Source: Myxococcota bacterium (lineage in GTDB: Bacteria > Myxococcota_A > UBA796 > GCA-2862545). Taken from it: a stretch of DNA of 10,915 nucleotides. Both the position numbers and the translations under genes were made by a program. The DNA is taken from assembly GCA_039208735.1 (NCBI GenBank), contig JBCCQY010000233.1, positions 1 through 10,915 of the forward strand. Reading direction: 5' to 3'. Of the stretch, positions 6,644-10,915 are shown one piece after another. The notes under the pieces are model-generated. The model saw only the letters and a list, made by a program, of their open reading frames with translations, was not told the DNA's origin and ran no database searches. The stretch's first letter is position 1. Each line of letters opens with the position of its first letter.

Positions 6644-7813
6644 GTGTCTCACAAGTCAAACCTACGAATCGAAGGACCACTTAGGCGATGGGGCCCCGAG
6701 GTCGCCCTGGTCACGATGTCCGAGCCGCCGGGTCGCCTTGCCATGGTGTTTGGGCCACCGGTCCTCGATCCAGCCGCCATGGCCGAGGTGGAGCGCCATG
6801 CACGGGCCTTCGTCGCGGTCGACACCCCGGGTTTGCTGCCCTTACGTCGGGTCGATCAGATCAAGGGCCGCGTGGGGTTTGGTTACGACGTGCCGGACGG
6901 CGCTTCGCTGGCGGCACTAACCCAGGTTCGGCCAATCGTTCCGCCGGCAGTGGCCGCCGAGATCCTCTGTCAGGTCGCACGGACCCTGGTCGATCTCGAC
7001 AGCACCGCGACCGCCCATCCCGGTCCCACCAAGTCCGACGTGTTGATCGACCTGGCGGGCATGGTGAGCCTCGCCGGATTGGCAGGCCCCCAGCCGCCTG
7101 ATGCGGATGGGATCGAGTCGGCGTTGGTGTTGCGACTGGGTCGATTGCTGGCCGAGATGCTGCTGGGGACCTCATGGTCCTCCGAAGCCACCGCACCCGC
7201 CCACGAAGCTGCAATCCAGCGCCTCCTGGCCAAGCTGGAAGGGCGACCCGGCCCTCAACTCGAGCCTGCCTACGGACAGTTGATCCGCGATCTTCTGGCC
7301 TGGGAACCCTCCCACCGGCCCTCCTTGGCTACCGTGGTGGACATCTCTCGGGCCCTTGCGGCAGGGCCCACGGGTGAGCCCCTCGAACGGTGGACCCGCC
7401 ACACCTGGCGGCTCCTCAACCGGGAGCCCGGCCAGGATCCTCCAAGGCGGACGGGACAGACCGATCCCTTCGTTCAGGACCCCGACGCCGTCGATCGCCC
7501 GACCCAGCCCACCGATGAAACCGAAGATGTCTCAATCGACGCCGCGATCGAAGAGGACACCGCGGTCTCCGAGCATGCAGCCCCGCCTCAGCCGATCCTC
7601 GAACAAGGCGCCATTCCCGTGGGGGTCGGTCCTCCCCCGGAGGCGCTGAAGCCGGTGACCCTTCCCGAGGGATTTCTCGAGCCGACCCACGCTCCTGCGC
7701 CTCGTCCACGCAAAAATCCACACGAGACCCTGTTCATGGTGTCGGTGTGGTTCGTGGTGATCTCGGGATTGGCCCTCGTGGTGGCGCTCGTACTCATGGC
7801 TGGCGCCGCCTGA
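6644..7813 (+). CDS. Ser/Thr protein kinase-like pseudokinase with Pro/acidic linker and C-terminal transmembrane anchor
   Basis: Hanks subdomain remnants in order: LRIEGPLRRWG (I), RHARAFVAVDTPGLLPL (III-IV), YDVPDGASL (V), AAEILCQVARTL (VIa), AHPGPTKSDVLID (VIb), VSLAGLA (VII), VLRLGRLLAEMLLG (IX), LIRDLLAWEPSHRPS (XI); terminal hydrophobic helix LFMVSVWFVVISGLALVVALVLMAGAA. Start uncertain (GTG 6626, GTG 6644 or ATG 6716). Confidence 0.75.
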   Translation: MSHKSNLRIEGPLRRWGPEVALVTMSEPPGRLAMVFGPPVLDPAAMAEVERHARAFVAVDTPGLLPLRRVDQIKGRVGFGYDVPDGASLAALTQVRPIVPPAVAAEILCQVARTLVDLDSTATAHPGPTKSDVLIDLAGMVSLAGLAGPQPPDADGIESALVLRLGRLLAEMLLGTSWSSEATAPAHEAAIQRLLAKLEGRPGPQLEPAYGQLIRDLLAWEPSHRPSLATVVDISRALAAGPTGEPLERWTRHTWRLLNREPGQDPPRRTGQTDPFVQDPDAVDRPTQPTDETEDVSIDAAIEEDTAVSEHAAPPQPILEQGAIPVGVGPPPEALKPVTLPEGFLEPTHAPAPRPRKNPHETLFMVSVWFVVISGLALVVALVLMAGAA

Positions 7814-7825
7814 GCTGACCTGGCC

Positions 7826-7853
7826 TTGTCAACCGCGCGGGATTCGTTACCTT
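7826..7853 (+). promoter_or_regulatory. Putative sigma70-type promoter for tRNA-His/tRNA-Lys (possibly tig)
   Basis: TTGTCA (7826-7831), 16-bp spacer, TACCTT (7848-7853), then GC-rich CCCGAGGC directly before tRNA-His, as is typical of stable-RNA promoters. Confidence 0.6.
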
Positions 7854-7863
7854 CCCGAGGCAC

Positions 7864-7941
7864 GGTGGGTGTAGCTCAGTTGGTTAGAGCACTGGATTGT
7901 GATTCCAGGGGTCGTGGGTTCAAGTCCCATCACCCACCCCA
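7864..7941 (+). tRNA. tRNA-His (GUG)
   Basis: Acceptor stem GTGGGTG/CACCCAC, D arm GCTC..GAGC, anticodon arm CTGGA-TT GTG AT-TCCAG, T loop TTCAAGT, encoded G-1 (7864) opposite C73 (7938), encoded CCA (7939-7941). Confidence 0.97.
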
Positions 7942-7945
7942 TAAC

Positions 7946-8018
7946 GGGCCTATAGCTCAATTGGTAGAGCACCGGACTCTTAATCCGTTGGTTCCAGGTT
8001 CGAGTCCTGGTGGGCCCA
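7946..8018 (+). tRNA. tRNA-Lys (CUU)
   Basis: Acceptor stem GGGCCTA/TGGGCCC, anticodon arm CCGGA-CT CTT AA-TCCGT, T arm CCAGG-TTCGAGT-CCTGG, discriminator A8018. CCA is not encoded. Confidence 0.96.
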
Positions 8019-8045
8019 TTTAGACGCATTCCCATGGACTGACAG

Positions 8046-9344
8046 ATGAAGGTGGATGTCGAGTCGGTCGGGTCCTTCCAAAGGAAGGTCACGTTCCTCA
8101 TCGAGCGCCCGCAGGTCGAAGCTAAACTCGACCGCGCGTATCGCAACCTGGCCAAGAGCGCCCGAATTCCTGGCTTTCGAGCCGGGAAAGCCCCTCGTAG
8201 AGTGTTGGAAGCACACTATGGGGAGCGCGTCGAGGCAGATGTCGCCAACGAGCTCATTCAGAGCGCGTGGCGCGACATCTACGACAAGGGCGACCTCAAA
8301 GTGGTTGGCCAACCCAACGTCACCGATTCGGGCTCGGTCGCTGATGCGGAGGGCTTCCGCTTCGTGATCGACGTCGACGTGCAGCCGGAGATCACCGTCG
8401 AAACCTACAAAGGTGTCGACGTGTACTTCCCGCCGTCCGACGTGACCGAGGACGAGATCTCGGCCGAGGTGCAAAAGCGCCTCGAAGGCCACGCCCACCT
8501 GGCTGAAGTCAAGGATCGCCCCGTTCAGCGCGGCGATATGGCGGTGGTCGAGCTGCACGCGTTCGATGGCGACAATGAAGTTGCGACCGAACTCGGCACC
8601 ATGGTGCGGACCGAGGGCGACCCCTACTACCCCGGCATCGAGCCCTTCCTCGAAGGCCTGGGCGTCGGAGAAGAGAAGGAAGGTTCGGTGACCTTCGGCG
8701 AAGACGCGCGCAACGAAGACGTGGCGGGCCGAGAGCTGAAGGTGAAGGCCAAGGTTGTGGGCCTGCAGCATTACCAGCTGCCCGAACTCACCGATGAGAT
8801 TGCCACCGACACGTTGGGCTACGAGGGTGGAATCGAGGGCATGAAGTCGGCCCTAAGCCAGGGCTTGCAGGACCAAAAGCAGGAGCAGGCTCGCAATCAA
8901 GCCCGGGCCAACCTGCTCGAGGTTCTCATCGAGAAGAACCCGTTCGAGGTGCCGCAGGGCATGGTCGACCGCAGCCTCGACATGCTGCAGTCGCAGCTTC
9001 GGCTCATGGAAGCTCGCTCGACCGGCCGTGACCCGAAGACCATCGGATTTTCCGACGCGCAAGTTGCGGATTTGCGTCAACGCTCGGTGTACGCCGCGAA
9101 GGCCGGCCTCATCCTTGACTGGGTGGCCGACGCCGAGTCCATCGAGATCTCGGACGAGGACGTCGCCACCACGCTCAACCAGAGCGTCGAGGCGATTCGA
9201 GCCTACCCCGAAGAGCAACTCGACGACATCCGGGGTGAAGTCCGGCAGGAGAAGGCGTTGGATTGGCTGCTCGAGCAAGCCAACATCCTCGACACTCCGC
9301 CGGCTGACGCCACCCCATCCGAGGACTCGTCCGACGGGGAGTGA
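8046..9344 (+). CDS. tig: Trigger factor
   Basis: Ribosome-binding signature IPGFRAGKAP, FKBP-like middle domain, C-terminal chaperone domain ending EKALDWLL; classic position before clpP-clpX. Confidence 0.97.
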   Translation: MKVDVESVGSFQRKVTFLIERPQVEAKLDRAYRNLAKSARIPGFRAGKAPRRVLEAHYGERVEADVANELIQSAWRDIYDKGDLKVVGQPNVTDSGSVADAEGFRFVIDVDVQPEITVETYKGVDVYFPPSDVTEDEISAEVQKRLEGHAHLAEVKDRPVQRGDMAVVELHAFDGDNEVATELGTMVRTEGDPYYPGIEPFLEGLGVGEEKEGSVTFGEDARNEDVAGRELKVKAKVVGLQHYQLPELTDEIATDTLGYEGGIEGMKSALSQGLQDQKQEQARNQARANLLEVLIEKNPFEVPQGMVDRSLDMLQSQLRLMEARSTGRDPKTIGFSDAQVADLRQRSVYAAKAGLILDWVADAESIEISDEDVATTLNQSVEAIRAYPEEQLDDIRGEVRQEKALDWLLEQANILDTPPADATPSEDSSDGE

Positions 9345-9372
9345 CCCTGCCTGGCCAGGGAGGTCGCAGGGT
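9344..9372 (+). other. Stem-loop in the tig-clpP intergenic region
   Basis: ACCCTGC (9344-9350) pairs with GCAGGGT (9366-9372); overlapping palindrome CCTGGCCAGG (9350-9359). No U-tract, so not called a terminator. Confidence 0.4.
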
Positions 9373-9418
9373 TCCGGGGCCGTGGTTACGGTGCCGAAAA
9401 CACCCATGAGGACTGGCC

Positions 9419-10045
9419 ATGGACAAGCCTTACGATCCGATGATGTACACCCCGTTCGTGACGGAGGTGACGCATCGCGGTGAGACCCGCAGCGACATCT
9501 GGTCGCGCCTCCTCGTCGATCGGATCGTCTTTCTCGGCACTCCGATTGACGACCACATTGCCAATTTGATGGTTGCGCAGTTGCTGTACCTCGACTCGCA
9601 GGACCCCGATAAGGACGTTCATCTTTACATCAACAGCCCCGGGGGCTCCGTCTCGGCCGGCTTGGCGATCTACGACACGATGCAGCACATCCACGCCGAC
9701 GTGTCGACGATTTGTGTCGGGCAGGCGGCCTCGATGGGCGCGGTCTTGCTGGCCGCAGGCGCCAAGGGCAAGCGTCGGGCGCTCGAGCACTCTCGCATCC
9801 TCGTCCACCAGCCGCTGTCCGGCATTCAGGGCCAGGCCACCGACATCGACATTCAGGCCCGCGAACTGCTGCGCCTACGCGATGTGTTGAACAATGTGCT
9901 TTCGCGCCATACGGGCCAGCCTCTGGAGCGCATCCAGAAGGACACGGAGCGGGATCACATCATGACGGCGGCCACCGCTTTCGAGTACGGTCTTATCGAC
10001 GAAGTGATCGCCCCCGGCGAGTCCGACGACGAAAAGGAAGAGTGA
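9419..10045 (+). CDS. clpP: ATP-dependent Clp protease proteolytic subunit
   Basis: [24 protein letters not shown], catalytic triad contexts QAASMG (Ser), LVHQP (His), ERDHIM (Asp); GAGG upstream. Alternative start at the ATG ATG near 9440. Confidence 0.98.
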   Translation: MDKPYDPMMYTPFVTEVTHRGETRSDIWSRLLVDRIVFLGTPIDDHIANLMVAQLLYLDSQDPDKDVHLYINSPGGSVSAGLAIYDTMQHIHADVSTICVGQAASMGAVLLAAGAKGKRRALEHSRILVHQPLSGIQGQATDIDIQARELLRLRDVLNNVLSRHTGQPLERIQKDTERDHIMTAATAFEYGLIDEVIAPGESDDEKEE

Positions 10046-10068
10046 GCGAGACGCCTGACGGAGGGCCC

Positions 10069-10915
10069 GTGAGACGCAAGTCGACCAACGGCAAAGACCT
10101 CTGCTGCAGCTTCTGCGGCAAGTCCCAGAAAGAAGTACGGAAACTCATCGCAGGGCCGTCGGTCTATATTTGTGACGAGTGCGTCGAACTCTGCAACGAC
10201 ATCATCACCGAGGAGTACGAGCGCGAGGACTTTTACTCCACGCGAGGACTCGTTCCGAAGCCGAAGGAAATCTACACGTTCCTCGATGAGTACGTGGTGG
10301 GACAGGACCGCGCAAAGCGGATTCTCTCCGTTGCTGTGCACAACCACTACAAACGAATCGACTCCCGGGCCGGGGTCGACGATGTCGAGCTGCAAAAGTC
10401 GAATGTGCTCCTCATTGGGCCCACGGGCTCGGGCAAGACGCTCCTCGCCCAAACGCTCGCCAAATTCCTCAACGTTCCATTCACGATCGCCGATGCCACG
10501 AGCTTGACCGAGGCCGGGTACGTCGGAGAGGACGTCGAGAACATCATCCTGAATTTGTTCCAGGCGGCCGAGTACAACGTCGAGCGAACGTGCAAGGGCA
10601 TCATCTACGTCGATGAGATCGACAAGATCAGCCGTAAAGGCGAGAATCCGTCGATCACCCGCGATGTGTCTGGCGAAGGCGTACAGCAAGCTCTGCTCAA
10701 GATCATCGAAGGGACGGTGGCCAATGTGCCCCCCAAGGGCGGGCGCAAACACCCCCAACAGGACTTCCTGCAGATCGACACGACGAACATCTTGTTCGTG
10801 TGCGGCGGCGCCTTTGTGGGGCTCGACAACATCGTCGAAGCCCGATTGGGCAAACAGCAGGTCGGCTTCGCCACCGAAGCCAAGGGCAAACGACGGTGGA
10901 CGAGCGACGACTTGC
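10069..10915 (+). CDS. clpX: ATP-dependent Clp protease ATP-binding subunit, 3' end truncated by the window edge
   Basis: GTG 10069 with GGAGG upstream: [42 protein letters not shown] (C4 zinc finger), Walker A GPTGSGKT, pore loop GYVG, Walker [31 protein letters not shown] (IGF-loop equivalent). Not in the ORF track. Confidence 0.98.
   Translation, partial: MRRKSTNGKDLCCSFCGKSQKEVRKLIAGPSVYICDECVELCNDIITEEYEREDFYSTRGLVPKPKEIYTFLDEYVVGQDRAKRILSVAVHNHYKRIDSRAGVDDVELQKSNVLLIGPTGSGKTLLAQTLAKFLNVPFTIADATSLTEAGYVGEDVENIILNLFQAAEYNVERTCKGIIYVDEIDKISRKGENPSITRDVSGEGVQQALLKIIEGTVANVPPKGGRKHPQQDFLQIDTTNILFVCGGAFVGLDNIVEARLGKQQVGFATEAKGKRRWTSDDL

Noticed and set aside
789..7829. 10-nt match CTGGCCTTGT at 798-789 (minus) and 7820-7829 (plus)
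   Set aside because: Too short to distinguish from chance in an 11-kb high-GC window, and the contexts differ.
7864..8018. tRNAs as the integration site of a genomic island
   Set aside because: No integrase, no duplicated tRNA 3' end seen in the window, tig follows immediately, and no obvious compositional shift.
9380..9410. Possible sigma32 promoter (CCCAT) before clpP
   Set aside because: No CTTGAA-like -35 at suitable spacing, and it lies too close to the ribosome-binding site and start.
7980..10889. Long minus-strand ORFs 7980..8771, 8853..9407, 9386..9808, 9955..10758 and 10605..10889
   Set aside because: Antisense shadows of tig, clpP and clpX, expected in high-GC DNA.
1..10915. CRISPR array, IS element or tandem repeat array
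   Set aside because: No regularly spaced repeats, transposase motifs or terminal inverted repeats were seen; nearly all sequence is accounted for by genes.

Overview
High-GC bacterial chromosomal window. FHA-sigma54 activators, an RpoH-family sigma and a Hanks-kinase-like protein suggest Myxococcota or a related deltaproteobacterial lineage (inference). Left to right: a minus-strand unit of GGCT-like protein, sigma54 activator lacking any N-terminal sensor, and FHA-sigma54 activator (truncated by the window edge, missed by the ORF track); a divergent plus-strand pair of a degenerate STAND/AAA-like protein and an arylsulfotransferase(ASST)-like lipoprotein; a convergent minus-strand pair of an inositol-monophosphatase-family gene coupled (TGATG) to an RpoH-family sigma factor; a divergent tail-anchored Ser/Thr pseudokinase; then housekeeping tRNA-His, tRNA-Lys, tig, clpP and clpX (truncated, missed by the ORF track). 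No mobile element or CRISPR was seen. The most notable signal is the density of apparently dead enzyme folds (pseudokinase, pseudo-STAND ATPase, ASST lacking its Arg, degenerate trigger-factor PPIase site) beside tandem sigma54 activators and a sigma factor. All motif alignments were made by eye, without searches.
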